Source of the DNA: Candidatus Saccharimonadota bacterium
GTDB taxonomy: Bacteria; Patescibacteriota; Patescibacteriia; 2-12-FULL-60-25
Length of the DNA stretch: 32,000 bases
Direction of reading: 5' to 3'
Assembly: GCA_016699205.1 (NCBI GenBank)
Contig: CP064964.1
Coordinates: 690,001 to 722,000, forward strand
Under the pieces are notes generated by a model, which was not told where the DNA came from, did not search any database, and saw nothing but the letters and a program-made list of their open reading frames with translations. The position numbers and the translations under genes were made by a program. How positions within the stretch are numbered: the stretch's first letter is position 1; each line of letters starts with the position of its first letter. Below, piece by piece: positions 16,964 to 26,024 of this stretch.

Positions 16964-16993
16964 ATAGAAAAACCCGCGTGAAGGCGGGTTTTT
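16964..16993 (-). terminator. Intrinsic terminator of the M23 peptidase gene
   Basis: The - strand reads AAAAACCCGC-CTTCAC-GCGGGTTTTTCT, starting ~10 nt after the stop at 17003. Confidence 0.8.
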
Positions 16994-17002
16994 CTTGATC
17001 GA

Positions 17003-18445
17003 TTAACGGATGTAGGGGAGCGGGTTCACGCGCTTGTTTGCGATGTAGATTTCGTAGTGCAAGTGCGTACCAGTTGAGCGGCCTGTTGTGCCGACCATGG
17101 CGATGACTTCTCCGCGCTTTACGGTGTCGCCGACCTTCACGTACATCTTTGAAGCGTGGGCGTAACGCGTTTTATTGCCGTTACCGTGATTGACGATGAT
17201 CTGGAGACCGTAGCCGCCGCTATTCCAGCCAGCTGTTTCTACGACTCCGTCAGCCGAGGCGTAAATCGGATCGACGTAATCACCTTCAAGGTCGAGACCT
17301 GTGTGTTTCCAGCCGTAATATTGGTTAATGATGCGCTGCTTGGTTGGCCAGAGGAATTTCGTTTTTGCTTTTGAATCTTCCTCTTCGGCATCGGCTATGT
17401 CGGTTGGTTTCGTGCGTGAGTCCTGTTGGCCGGTCAGTTCCTGATAAACGTCGACAGCTTTGTTTGCGATACGGGCGATCGGTACATCGGGACGGATATT
17501 GTTGGCTGCTGGTTTGCGGATTGCGATCGGTGTGTTGATTTCCGGAGGTGTTCCATCAGGAATCATGATTTCTTCACCGATGGCGAGCGTTGCGCCTTCT
17601 GAAAGCTTGTTAAAGGCATTGATTTCTTCCTCGCTTGCATCGTATGTGCTGGCGATTTTCTTGAGGGTGTCGCCTTTCTTAATGGTATGAAGAACACCTG
17701 AAACCGGAGGGATCTTCAAGCTTGATCCTGGGCGAATGGTTGAGCGAACGGTTAAATTATTGGCCCAAAGAATGGTTCCAACGTTCACGCCAAAGCGTCG
17801 GGCGATCGTACTGATGGTGTCGCCGTCCTGAACGGAGTACTGCTCAGTTTTGGTGCGGGCAACGATGACTTCCGATGGCTCGCCCGGATGCTCGGATCCT
17901 GGTAAAGCGGCAATAGAGCCTGGGACGGTCAAATCGGCGATAGGTTCATCTCCAATGTCGCCGTAGTCAAAGTCGATCGAAGGAAGAGCTTCAATGGTTT
18001 CTGCGCCCAAATAGCGGGCGTCCTTGGCTGCTAATTCCGGATGGACGTCTTCCTCTACGAGGGTTTCACGGCCATCGCTAACGATGGAGTAGAGCAAGCT
18101 GCGCTGTCCCGCATCGAGGGCGGTGGCGCTCTTGGTTTGGAATTGGGTGGCAATGGTTACGATACCGACGCCGGCTACAACGATATGGAAGACGTAGCGG
18201 TTAGAGACAAAGACAAACGCGACACCACGCACGGAAGAAAAGATTTTTCCGAAGCGCAAACGCAGCACGGTGACCACGCGATAAGCGGGAAGAAAGAGGT
18301 AACGCGTTCCAATACGGCCAAGAGCCGTCGCGAATGGTTGAGCGGGCTTCCAAAGGCGTCCGATCAGGCGACGAAATGCAGACAACCCACGCAAGGTTGC
18401 GAGGGCAGTTTTGGCCAGGACGAGCTTTATTTTTTGTGTCAACAC
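17003..18445 (-). CDS. Membrane-anchored LysM-domain M23 family metallopeptidase (peptidoglycan endopeptidase)
   Basis: There are two LysM motifs (YSVQDGDTISTIARRFGVNVGTILWANNL; HTIKKGDTLKKIASTYDASEEEINAFNKL). The M23 catalytic motifs are HTGLDL...YAHASKMYVKVGDTVKRGEVIAMVGTTGRSTGTHLHYEI. The N-terminus has hydrophobic segments. Confidence 0.9.
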   Translation of the reverse strand: MLTQKIKLVLAKTALATLRGLSAFRRLIGRLWKPAQPFATALGRIGTRYLFLPAYRVVTVLRLRFGKIFSSVRGVAFVFVSNRYVFHIVVAGVGIVTIATQFQTKSATALDAGQRSLLYSIVSDGRETLVEEDVHPELAAKDARYLGAETIEALPSIDFDYGDIGDEPIADLTVPGSIAALPGSEHPGEPSEVIVARTKTEQYSVQDGDTISTIARRFGVNVGTILWANNLTVRSTIRPGSSLKIPPVSGVLHTIKKGDTLKKIASTYDASEEEINAFNKLSEGATLAIGEEIMIPDGTPPEINTPIAIRKPAANNIRPDVPIARIANKAVDVYQELTGQQDSRTKPTDIADAEEEDSKAKTKFLWPTKQRIINQYYGWKHTGLDLEGDYVDPIYASADGVVETAGWNSGGYGLQIIVNHGNGNKTRYAHASKMYVKVGDTVKRGEVIAMVGTTGRSTGTHLHYEIYIANKRVNPLPYIR

Positions 18446-18544
18446 AGCTAAATAAAATCTTTACTGGAGTCTACGTACTTTAGCAGAATCGGGGGTGGGA
18501 GTCAATCAAGATGGCATGTTTTGAAATGAGCGGTTCGGAAGCTG

Positions 18545-20062
18545 TCAAGTGGATGGATCGTGGCGATAATTGAGTGATTCGGCGACGTGCAAAGAGCGGA
18601 TTTTGTCTTCGCCGGCGAGGTCGGCGATGGTGCGGGAGACTTTGAGGAGTCGGAAGTAGGAACGGGCACTTAAACGATGAGCATCGACGGCATGACGGAG
18701 GAGGGTTTTGGCTTCCGGCTCGAGATCAATGTAACGACGGACATGATCAGAGCCTAGCTCGGCATTGGTTTTGCAGCCGATGGATTTCCAGCGGGCTGTT
18801 TGGAGGTCGCGGGCCGCCTGTACTCTGCTACGTACGCTTGCGCTGTCTTCTTGCGCGGCGATATCCGTGAGCTCGGTTGTTGGGACTTTGGGAACTTCAA
18901 GGAAGAGATCAATGCGATCTAGCAAGGGTCCGCTGAGTTTTTTCTGATAGCGGGAAAGCTGCATAGCCGAGCATGTGCAGGCACGATCAGGGTCGGTGGC
19001 GTAGCCGCAGGGGCAGGGGTTCATCGCTCCGACAAGGGCGACACGCGCCGGAAAAGAGAGCGTACCGTGGGCGCGGCTGACGGTGATCGTCCCATCCTCT
19101 AACGGTTGACGGAGGCTTTCTAATACAGCTCGAGGAAATTCCAGAAATTCATCAAGAAAAAGCACGCCTCGATGCGCGAGCGAGATTTCACCTGGTTTAG
19201 GAATGGAGCCGCCACCTACGAGTGAGGCAGTGCTCGCGGTGTGGTGCGGGGAACGAAAAGGCCGATTACAGATAATGCCGTCATTGGGTAAGAGTCCGGC
19301 TACGGAATGAATACGTGTTACTTCAAGCGCTTCTTCTACTGTTAAGCCTGGAAGAATGCCTGGAAATGCGCGGGCGAGCAGTGTTTTTCCAGAGCCGGGC
19401 GGGCCTTGCATGAGAATGTTGTGACCACCGGCTGCAGCGATTTCTAATGCGCGACGAGCCTGCGCCTGTCCGCGGATGGCTGAAAAATCAGGTCCTTGAA
19501 ATGGGAGGCCGATGGAATCGGAAACATTTCTTGGTGGGGTGACGGGAAGGGTGTCTCCTTTGAGATGGTTTATAACTTCCGAGAGATATCGCGCGGAATA
19601 GACGTTTAGCCCATGAATTAAAGCGGCTTCATTCGCATTTTCTGATGGCAAGATTATTGAATGAAATCCGGAGCTTTTAGCGAGTATGGCAAAAGAGAGG
19701 GCACCGGAGATTGGACGGATTGAGCCATCGAGACCGAGCTCTCCTGCAAAAAGAATGCCTTTTAGCAGTTCTTCATTGAGCAATCCTTCTGCTGCAATGA
19801 TCGAGATGGCGATGGGTAGATCAAAAGGTGTCCCGGTTTTACGTAAGTCGGCGGGAGCAAGATTAATTATGACTCGGGTGCGTGGGAAGCTTACGCCAGC
19901 GTGCTTGAGGGCGCTTTTGACTCGTTCGCGCGCTTCCTGCACGGCGGTGTCTGGTAAGCCGACGATAAGGAAAGCTCCCAATCCTGGTGAAATATCGGTT
20001 TCTGCTTGTACGGGATGAGCTTCAAGACCGAGGACAGATGCCGTGTGTATGAGCGAGGCCAT
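18545..20062 (-). CDS. comM: YifB/ComM-family Mg-chelatase-like AAA+ ATPase
   Basis: The N-terminal Lon-like domain (VLGLEAHPVQAETDISPGLGAFLIVGLPDTAVQEARERVKSAL), Walker A MQGPPGSGKT, LFLDEFLEF and the C-terminal RSYFRLLKVSRTIADLAG are all typical. Length is 505 aa. Confidence 0.9.
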   Translation of the reverse strand: MASLIHTASVLGLEAHPVQAETDISPGLGAFLIVGLPDTAVQEARERVKSALKHAGVSFPRTRVIINLAPADLRKTGTPFDLPIAISIIAAEGLLNEELLKGILFAGELGLDGSIRPISGALSFAILAKSSGFHSIILPSENANEAALIHGLNVYSARYLSEVINHLKGDTLPVTPPRNVSDSIGLPFQGPDFSAIRGQAQARRALEIAAAGGHNILMQGPPGSGKTLLARAFPGILPGLTVEEALEVTRIHSVAGLLPNDGIICNRPFRSPHHTASTASLVGGGSIPKPGEISLAHRGVLFLDEFLEFPRAVLESLRQPLEDGTITVSRAHGTLSFPARVALVGAMNPCPCGYATDPDRACTCSAMQLSRYQKKLSGPLLDRIDLFLEVPKVPTTELTDIAAQEDSASVRSRVQAARDLQTARWKSIGCKTNAELGSDHVRRYIDLEPEAKTLLRHAVDAHRLSARSYFRLLKVSRTIADLAGEDKIRSLHVAESLNYRHDPST

Positions 20063-20093
20063 ATATACCCCGTTCCAGTTTTTTCTGAGATTG

Positions 20094-20549
20094 TCAAGCC
20101 TTAGGCTTCCAAAAAAGATAACGGATCAGTCCGAGAAGAATCGCGCCATCAGCAAGATTTACCGCGGATCGGCCCCAGAGGAGTAACCAGTCGCGGACAA
20201 AGCCAAGCGCTACACGATCGAACAAGTTTCCAATTACTCCACCAATGAAGATGCCTAGAAAAATAGCGTGTCGCGTGTCGCGTGCTGCGTGTCGCGTGAG
20301 TAGCTCGTAAATAGCCCAGATCAATGCTCCGATCGCGATAACGAGCATCAACCAATAGGGGACGGGGAGATTAAAACTGATGCCAAAATTCCGATGATCT
20401 GTAAAACGGATCAGGCCCAAAAGCCATGATCCGTTCATCAATGCTTCATTTGCAAACAGGGTCGACTTGAGCCATTGGTCGAGAACAAATGTAGAACCTG
20501 CGGCCAAGAGGGCGAAACCTAGATCTCTTGGGTGAGCGTTTTCTTGCAT
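20094..20549 (-). CDS. lspA: Lipoprotein signal peptidase II
   Basis: Four TM segments, with NFGISFNL and GGVIGNLFDRVALGFVRDWL motifs characteristic of LspA. Confidence 0.8.
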   Translation of the reverse strand: MQENAHPRDLGFALLAAGSTFVLDQWLKSTLFANEALMNGSWLLGLIRFTDHRNFGISFNLPVPYWLMLVIAIGALIWAIYELLTRHAARDTRHAIFLGIFIGGVIGNLFDRVALGFVRDWLLLWGRSAVNLADGAILLGLIRYLFWKPKA

Positions 20550-20890
20550 TCGATACAGGATGAAGAGGTCGGGCGGGCAATCAGGCGTTTTTCGTCGATT
20601 GGTTTGCCGCAGTATTTACAGATGCCGTATTTACCGGCTTCGATGGCTTTTAAGGCTTTGATGGTGTCGTTTAGTTCATCTTCCAACTTTTCACCAAGCG
20701 AGATTTCATCAGCGAGAGTGGTGACTTCCGAGGCATTGTCGTCATCGGAGTTGCCGCCAGATTCCGGGAAATCAGGGGTTTTTGGATTTTTTGAGTCTGG
20801 ATGAAAACCCATTTCTTTTAAGTCTTGCTCAAGACGAGTCTTGGCCTCCATCAGCTGTGTTTTGATCTCCTCGAGAGTCGCGGCATTCAT
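20519..20890 (-). CDS. DksA/TraR-family C4 zinc-finger protein
   Basis: A C-terminal CKYCGKPIDEKRLIARPTSSSCIECK follows a coiled-coil region. The likely start is the ATG at 20890 (MNAATLEE...) rather than the ORF-track start at 20938. The gene overlaps the lspA start by 31 nt. Confidence 0.8.
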   Translation of the reverse strand: MNAATLEEIKTQLMEAKTRLEQDLKEMGFHPDSKNPKTPDFPESGGNSDDDNASEVTTLADEISLGEKLEDELNDTIKALKAIEAGKYGICKYCGKPIDEKRLIARPTSSSCIECKKTLTQEI

Positions 20891-20980
20891 ATGGGAACAG
20901 TCTAGCAAAAATAGAGAAAAACGTAAAGAAAAAGGCACTTTTATGAAACTTTATTAATAATCGTCAATTATTTTAGGAAT

Positions 20981-21507
20981 TTTAAAAGGACCGCAGTGGC
21001 ACCCTTAATGCATAAGCAATGTGGTGATGCGGTCCTTGGACCGTGATTCGCAGGTCGTTCCCGCGGCGTAAGGAGCTCGGAGAGCTCAACTTATTTGTCG
21101 CAGCAAGTCTGACACAGCATGTGGATCTCGGTCCGGAGACTACTCCCTCTACCTGGTCCTGGCAGAGCCCTAGATGCACCGAAGTGCAAAAAATTAAGGT
21201 TGCCGATAAAGGACATTTGATTTGGTTTTTGATTTCCATGAGCCACGAAGTGGCCGATGGACCAAGTGGAGGAATGGAATCGACATTCGTACGAGACGAA
21301 GGTCGGTCCTGAGGGTAGTTTGAAGGTGCGAGGTTTTAACTGACGCTGATGGGAGTGGTTACCCTGGTGATCATCCGCATTTGGCGGAATCCGTAAAAAG
21401 AAAGAGCGAAACCGGATCGCGACGAGGCGTTTAGCCTGGATGTGACGTTCCGGTAAAAGAACGGGAAAGAGAAGGTGCGAGACTCGCGGTGAGTCACTAC
21501 TAGTATA
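20981..21507 (-). ncRNA. Candidate ~515-nt structured noncoding RNA of unknown class. Strand assignment is probable, not proven.
   Basis: It lies in a 708-bp gap (20939-21645) with no credible ORF. An extended -10, TGGTATACT, sits at 21502-21510 on the - strand. Many hairpins are present, including a cUUCGg tetraloop on the - strand at 21175-21188. A long terminal hairpin (20988-21035) is followed by TTTT. I found no match to RNase P, tmRNA, SRP or 6S signatures. Confidence 0.45.
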
Positions 21508-21645
21508 CCACAAAGGCGGAATAATTCTTGTGCTGGGGAAGAAATGTAAAATTTCTTATAAAAATGCAGCTTTTTTTGCTTGAATCGGGTTTGATTTTGG
21601 ATGGGGATTTATCCTTCAAACTGTGTATTGCTTGTGGATAACCTA

Positions 21646-22797
21646 TTATTCGAAGCAAATTGCGAGGCGGCCGTTCTGGGAGAAGGCTTGAAGACTCGGT
21701 AGAGAGATTCCGAGCATGTCGTGCAAGGCGTTTTTAGAGAGTCGGAGCCATGGATAGCCCATGCTGCAGGGCGCAACATTGCTTTGATCCAAGGTGGTGC
21801 TCGCGTTGGATACGAGAATGAACCGCGGAGAAAGATCGATCCATTGGCCGCGGTCATTTTGTCTGCGTCCAAACAGATCGGTGCTGGTTGAGGCGGTTGG
21901 GAGGAGGCGTTCGTAGGAGACGGTTCCGTCAGGGAGGGTGAGGGCGCGGCGTTCTGTTACGCCCATGAGTCCGAGGACGCGAGCGGCGAGCTCTTGATCG
22001 AGAGGATCGCTGAAGCCGATGTATCGACCTTCGATGAGACGGTCTTTATCAAGCCAGACGGCATAGCGTTCAATAGGCGGGAGGGGTTTCCATTGGCTGC
22101 GGTCGGGTAAATTGGCGGCATCAAGAAAAAGATCGCCGGGGAGCGTGTCCCAAGCAACTCGTCCGAGAGATAGGGCGATGTCACCGGCGGGTAGCGGCGT
22201 TGTTTGCGGGGGAAGGGTAAGATCGCTATCGAAACCACGTCCATTCCAGCGGAAAAGGATTTTGGTCGAGGTTGAGGCGACTTCCAAGCCGAGCCATTTC
22301 TCGATAGCTGAGCTCTCTACTTCCATGACTGGCTGCTTGGCGAGACCGCGCCAGGAGAGGGCGCTTGAGTAGCGGAAGGTCTTGGTTTCATTTCCGATTT
22401 CTCCATTTCTTGCGACGAGTCCGGCTGTGTATCGTTGATTGCTTTTACGATCGAGCCAACGAGGTTGTATGGTGAAAGCAGCGCCTGAAGTTGTGATACC
22501 GCAGATAATTGGCCAGTCGGAATCGCTGGAGAGAGCGTCTTGGCAGATGGCAGGGATTTTCTCTTGAAAAGCTGCAGGGAGCATCTGTTTGGATGCTTTA
22601 GGTGAAATGACGCCGATGATGGCTGTATCGATAGGGATCGGAATAGGTCTGGAAAGCAGGTACCACATGCCTCCAAAAAAGAGGGCGAGTCCGAGCAGGA
22701 TACCGAGTGCCGAGAGATTCCAGAAATTCCAACGACGGCCATGGCCTTCTGCCATGATGATATTGCTTTCGCGATTCAGGATGATTTCTACGGACAT
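21646..22797 (-). CDS. Hypothetical protein with a single N-terminal transmembrane anchor (383 aa)
   Basis: A long ORF with one hydrophobic segment, WNLSALGILLGLALFFGGMWYLL. No recognised domain. An alternative start is at 22755. Confidence 0.55.
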   Translation of the reverse strand: MSVEIILNRESNIIMAEGHGRRWNFWNLSALGILLGLALFFGGMWYLLSRPIPIPIDTAIIGVISPKASKQMLPAAFQEKIPAICQDALSSDSDWPIICGITTSGAAFTIQPRWLDRKSNQRYTAGLVARNGEIGNETKTFRYSSALSWRGLAKQPVMEVESSAIEKWLGLEVASTSTKILFRWNGRGFDSDLTLPPQTTPLPAGDIALSLGRVAWDTLPGDLFLDAANLPDRSQWKPLPPIERYAVWLDKDRLIEGRYIGFSDPLDQELAARVLGLMGVTERRALTLPDGTVSYERLLPTASTSTDLFGRRQNDRGQWIDLSPRFILVSNASTTLDQSNVAPCSMGYPWLRLSKNALHDMLGISLPSLQAFSQNGRLAICFE

Positions 22798-22836
22798 GCA
22801 GTTGCGGAAAGGGTATCGGAAAACGGGCGGATATGG

Positions 22837-22864
22837 AAACCCCGCCGGTTTGGCGGGGTTTTTC
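22837..22864. terminator. GC-rich hairpin terminator downstream of pnp
   Basis: AAACCCCGCC-GGTTT-GGCGGGGTTTTT, 11 nt after the pnp stop. The A-run and T-run flanks make it look bidirectional. Confidence 0.7.
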
Positions 22865-22874
22865 TGCGGATGTT

Positions 22875-25066
22875 TTATTTACGAGGGCCTTTGCCATCGC
22901 GCAGCGGTTTATTGTCTTTTTCCGACGGGACGTAGTCTGGATCGAGGCGTTTCATTGAGAGATTGATGCGGCCTTGGCCATCGATTTCATACACGACGAC
23001 TTTGACCGTGTCTCCGATGTTTACGACGTCTTCCACTTTTTCCGTGCGGCCTTGGGCGAGCTCGGAGATGTGTACGAGGCCATCGACTTTGGGGAGGATG
23101 TTTACGAATGCGCCAAATGGCATGATGCGGACAACCTCTCCTTCAAAAGTTTCACCAACGGCGACTTCACGTGTCAGTTCTTTGATCCACTCGACGGCGC
23201 GGCGCATGGAATCGGCGTTGTTGGATGTGACCATGACAAGACCGTCGTCCTCAATATCGATTTCTACTTTGAGGGCATCGATAATGCCGTTGATCATTTT
23301 GCCGCCTGGGCCGATGACATCGCGGATTTTGTCCGGATTGATGCGGAAGGACTCGATACGCGGGGCGAATGGCGACATTTCCGAGCGGGGAGCGGCGATC
23401 GCCTTTTTCATCTCATCGAGAATTTGGATACGTGCGGTTTTGGCGCGTTCAAGGGTTTCTGTCACGACATTCCAGGGGAGGCCGGACGTTTTTGTGTCGA
23501 GCTGAATAGCGGTAATGCCATTACGGGTTCCGGCGATTTTGAAATCCATGCCGCCGTTTCCATCTTCCAAATCCTGAAGGTCGGTGATGACTTGGTAGCG
23601 TCCGGCTTTTTCATCGGAAGCCATACCCATAGCGATACCAGCGACAGGTTCTTTGATCGGAACGCCAGCGTCGAGAAGAGCGAGGGTGGAGCCACAGGTT
23701 GCGCCCATTGAAGAAGATCCGTTGGAGCCGAGAACTTCTGATACAACGCGGACGGTGTATGGGAAGTCTTCTTTTGCCGGGAGAACCGGCATGATGGCGC
23801 GCTCGGCGAGGGCACCGTGACCGATTTCACGACGGCCAGGGCCGCGGCTGCCCTTGGTTTCTCCGACGGCGTAGCTTGGGAAATTGTAGTGGTGGAAGTA
23901 GCGCTTGGTACCTTGGAATTCCATGGTGTCGAGCGTCTGCTCCATGCCCGGGGAGCCGAGCGTTACGCTCGAGAGCACCTGGGTAGAACCGCGTTCAAAC
24001 AAGCCGGATCCATGCGTGCGCGGAATCAAGCCGACGATAGCTCCGAGTGAGCGGATTTCATCGAGCGCGCGGCCATCGGCGCGGCGCTTTTCATCCAGGA
24101 TCATTTTGGTGACTTCGGAATCGACGAATTCTTCCAAAATAGACTCGGCCTTTTTACGATCGTCCTTGGAGATGCCGAGCGCGCTCAAGTTTTCTGCGAG
24201 CTCTTTCTTTAAGCGAGCAACACCGGCTTTGCGGTCGGCTTTGGTTGCGAGCGGTTCAGAAAAGAGAATGCCGCGCTTGGTCTCAAGGAAAGTCCAAGCG
24301 TTCTTTTGAATTTCAGCGATGGCTGCTTTTTTGGCAGCGTCTTCTTCATTTTTTGGCTTGGTTGGATCGAGCTTGGTTTTTCCGACTTCCTTGGCAACTC
24401 TGTTGATCAAATCGATGACGGGGCTCAATTGCTCGCTGGCGATTTTCATCGCTTCAAGCATTTCGGATTCTGTGAGTTGGCTTGCGGCAGCTTCAACCAT
24501 GATTGTCTTGTCCGAGGTACCGGCAACGACCAAGTCGAGATCGCCAAGATTGGTTTCTGCGTAGCTTGGCTGGACGATGAATTTTCCTTCTACGCGTCCG
24601 ATGCGGACCGCGGCGATCGGGCCATGCCATGGGATGTCGGAGATGGCGAGTGCGCAGGCGGCACCGATTAAACCTGGGACGTCGGCGTCATTGGTTCCGT
24701 CATGGGAAAAGACGGTCGTGACGATGGCGACTTCATTGTAGAGATGATCCGGAAAGAGGGGGCGGACAGCGCGGTCGATGAGGCGGCCGGAAAGAATGGC
24801 TTCGTCGGTAGCGCGGCCTTCACGCTTGATGAAGCGCGAGCCTTTGATGCGGCCGGCGGCGTACATGCGCTCCTCGTAGTCGACCATGAGCGGGAAGTGG
24901 CTCATGTCTTCTTTGGCTTCACCGAGAACGGCGGTACATAAGACGACCGTGTCGCCGTAGCGGACGGTACAAGAGCCATTGGCTTGTTTGGCGAGCTGGC
25001 CGACGCCGATCGTGAGGTGCGCCCGGCCCAATCGATGGAGAATTCTTTGGCTGGTTTGATGGCCAT
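22875..25066 (-). CDS. pnp: Polynucleotide phosphorylase; the N-terminal 16-17 codons are in a different frame (1-nt frameshift near 25012-25022)
   Basis: The ORF track 22875..25031 (TTG start) contains two RNase PH domains plus KH and S1 (GETFEGEVVRIMPFGAFVNIL). ATG at 25066 encodes MAIKPAKEFSIDWAGRT in the -1 frame. This fuses with ..LTIGVGQLAKQANGSCTVRYGDT to give a canonical PNPase N-terminus if one C is added in CGCACCTCACG. Confidence 0.9.
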
Positions 25067-25212
25067 AAATGAAAGAGGGTTTGGGTAGTTAGTGCGGCTG
25101 CGCGATCATGGAATTGATGAATCCCTTCAATGTGGGGATCGACAATTTCACGATACAAACGCGAGACTCTCTGTATCATAAAGTCTCGCGTTTGCCTAGT
25201 ATTTTCAGGGTT

Positions 25213-25830
25213 TTAGTGCGTGATGCGGATTCTGGACGAGGCATTGTCTTCTGGAGGCGATTCACGGCGGGCGCCTTTGCGTCGCGATGGTTTTTCCGTC
25301 TCTTCTTTCTCTGCTTTTCGGCGGCCGCGATATCCGATGAGGAATCGATCCGGTTCCGAGGAAAGATCCATGAAAGCGTCGGCGACTTCACGCAGACGGG
25401 CATTGGTGGATTCGGCAAAAGCGGCGACCTCGCAGATGACGCCATGCGCTTTTAAATATTCGACGAGGGGCACAAAGTCGCCGTCGCCTGTCGCAAGAAC
25501 AATGACATCGACTTTGCTGGCGATGGAGATGGCGTCGACAGCCATGCCGACGTCCCAGTCGGCTTTTTTAGCGCCGCTTGAAAATTCTTGGACATCTTTG
25601 ATTTTGAGCTCGATGCCGCTGGATAGGAGGGCTTCAAAGAAAGCGGATTCATCACCACCCTTGGATTTGGCGACATAGGCGATGGCGCGGCTCATCATGC
25701 GCGAGCCGACAACGGCTTCTACAAGTGCAGAAAAAGAAACTTTGGAGTTAAAAACATGTTTGGCGCTGTGATACATGTTTTGCGTGTCGATAAAAACAGC
25801 GACACGCTGGTCTGGGCGTTGGATCATCAT
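25213..25830 (-). CDS. NYN-domain (LabA/DUF88-like) putative ribonuclease with a basic C-terminal tail
   Basis: VAVFIDTQNMYHS...AKKADWDVGMAVDAISIASKVDVIVLATGDGDFVPLVEYLKAHG matches the NYN/LabA-like PIN-fold signature. The tail is RGRRKAEKEETEKPSRRKGARR. Confidence 0.8.
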   Translation of the reverse strand: MMIQRPDQRVAVFIDTQNMYHSAKHVFNSKVSFSALVEAVVGSRMMSRAIAYVAKSKGGDESAFFEALLSSGIELKIKDVQEFSSGAKKADWDVGMAVDAISIASKVDVIVLATGDGDFVPLVEYLKAHGVICEVAAFAESTNARLREVADAFMDLSSEPDRFLIGYRGRRKAEKEETEKPSRRKGARRESPPEDNASSRIRITH

Positions 25831-25951
25831 AAGGGCAGTGGTCAGTTTTCAGTGGTCAGTTGTTAGTGACCAGCAAAACCAAGAAAGGGAAGTAAAAAAG
25901 AGAAACGTCAGAAAAAGGCTGGGACTGACGTGTTAAATTAGCTGTAACACC

Positions 25952-25980
25952 AGTATATCAAAATATTGAGGCTCTGTAAA
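25952..25980 (-). promoter_or_regulatory. Sigma70-type promoter for the NYN-pnp unit (TTTACA-N17-TATACT, with TG extension)
   Basis: The - strand reads TTTACAGAGCCTCAATATTTTGATATACT, located between the rpsO terminator and the NYN gene. Confidence 0.55.
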
Positions 25981-25991
25981 ATTTGGCTTGG

Positions 25992-26020
25992 ATAAAACAA
26001 AACGCCCCTTTCGGGGCGTT
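25992..26020 (-). terminator. Intrinsic terminator of rpsO
   Basis: The - strand reads AACGCCCC-GAAA-GGGGCGTTTTGTTTTAT, beginning 4 nt after the TAA at 26025-26027. Confidence 0.85.
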
Positions 26021-26024
26021 TATG

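Noticed and set aside
20981-21507. Assignment of the structured region to RNase P RNA, tmRNA, SRP RNA, 6S RNA, a group II intron or a hammerhead
   Set aside because: I looked on both strands and found none of the defining signatures. These were the RNase P P4 strands (GAGGAAAGUCC / ACAGAA..GGCUUA), a tRNA-like acceptor/T-arm with CCA plus tag ORF, and the SRP domain IV motif. I also looked for the group II domain V consensus and a CUGANGA...GAAA core. The class is left open.
20982-21513. ORFs of 85, 89 and 140 aa inside the 708-bp gap
   Set aside because: Their composition and sequences (e.g. MWYTSSDSPRVSHLLFPVLLPERHIQ..., many Cys, His and Arg) do not look protein-like. They overlap each other on both strands and coincide with dense hairpins. 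The region is treated as noncoding RNA or regulatory instead.
21520-21645. Replication origin (oriC): AT-rich stretch with a perfect DnaA box (21633-21641) and 7/9 boxes (TTATCCTTC ~21608-21616; TGTGGATCT ~21120-21128)
   Set aside because: There is only one perfect box locally, no clear DNA-unwinding-element repeats and no dnaA or dnaN nearby. Flanking genes are co-oriented rather than divergent. GC skew cannot be assessed from this window. The box is kept only as a possible regulatory site.
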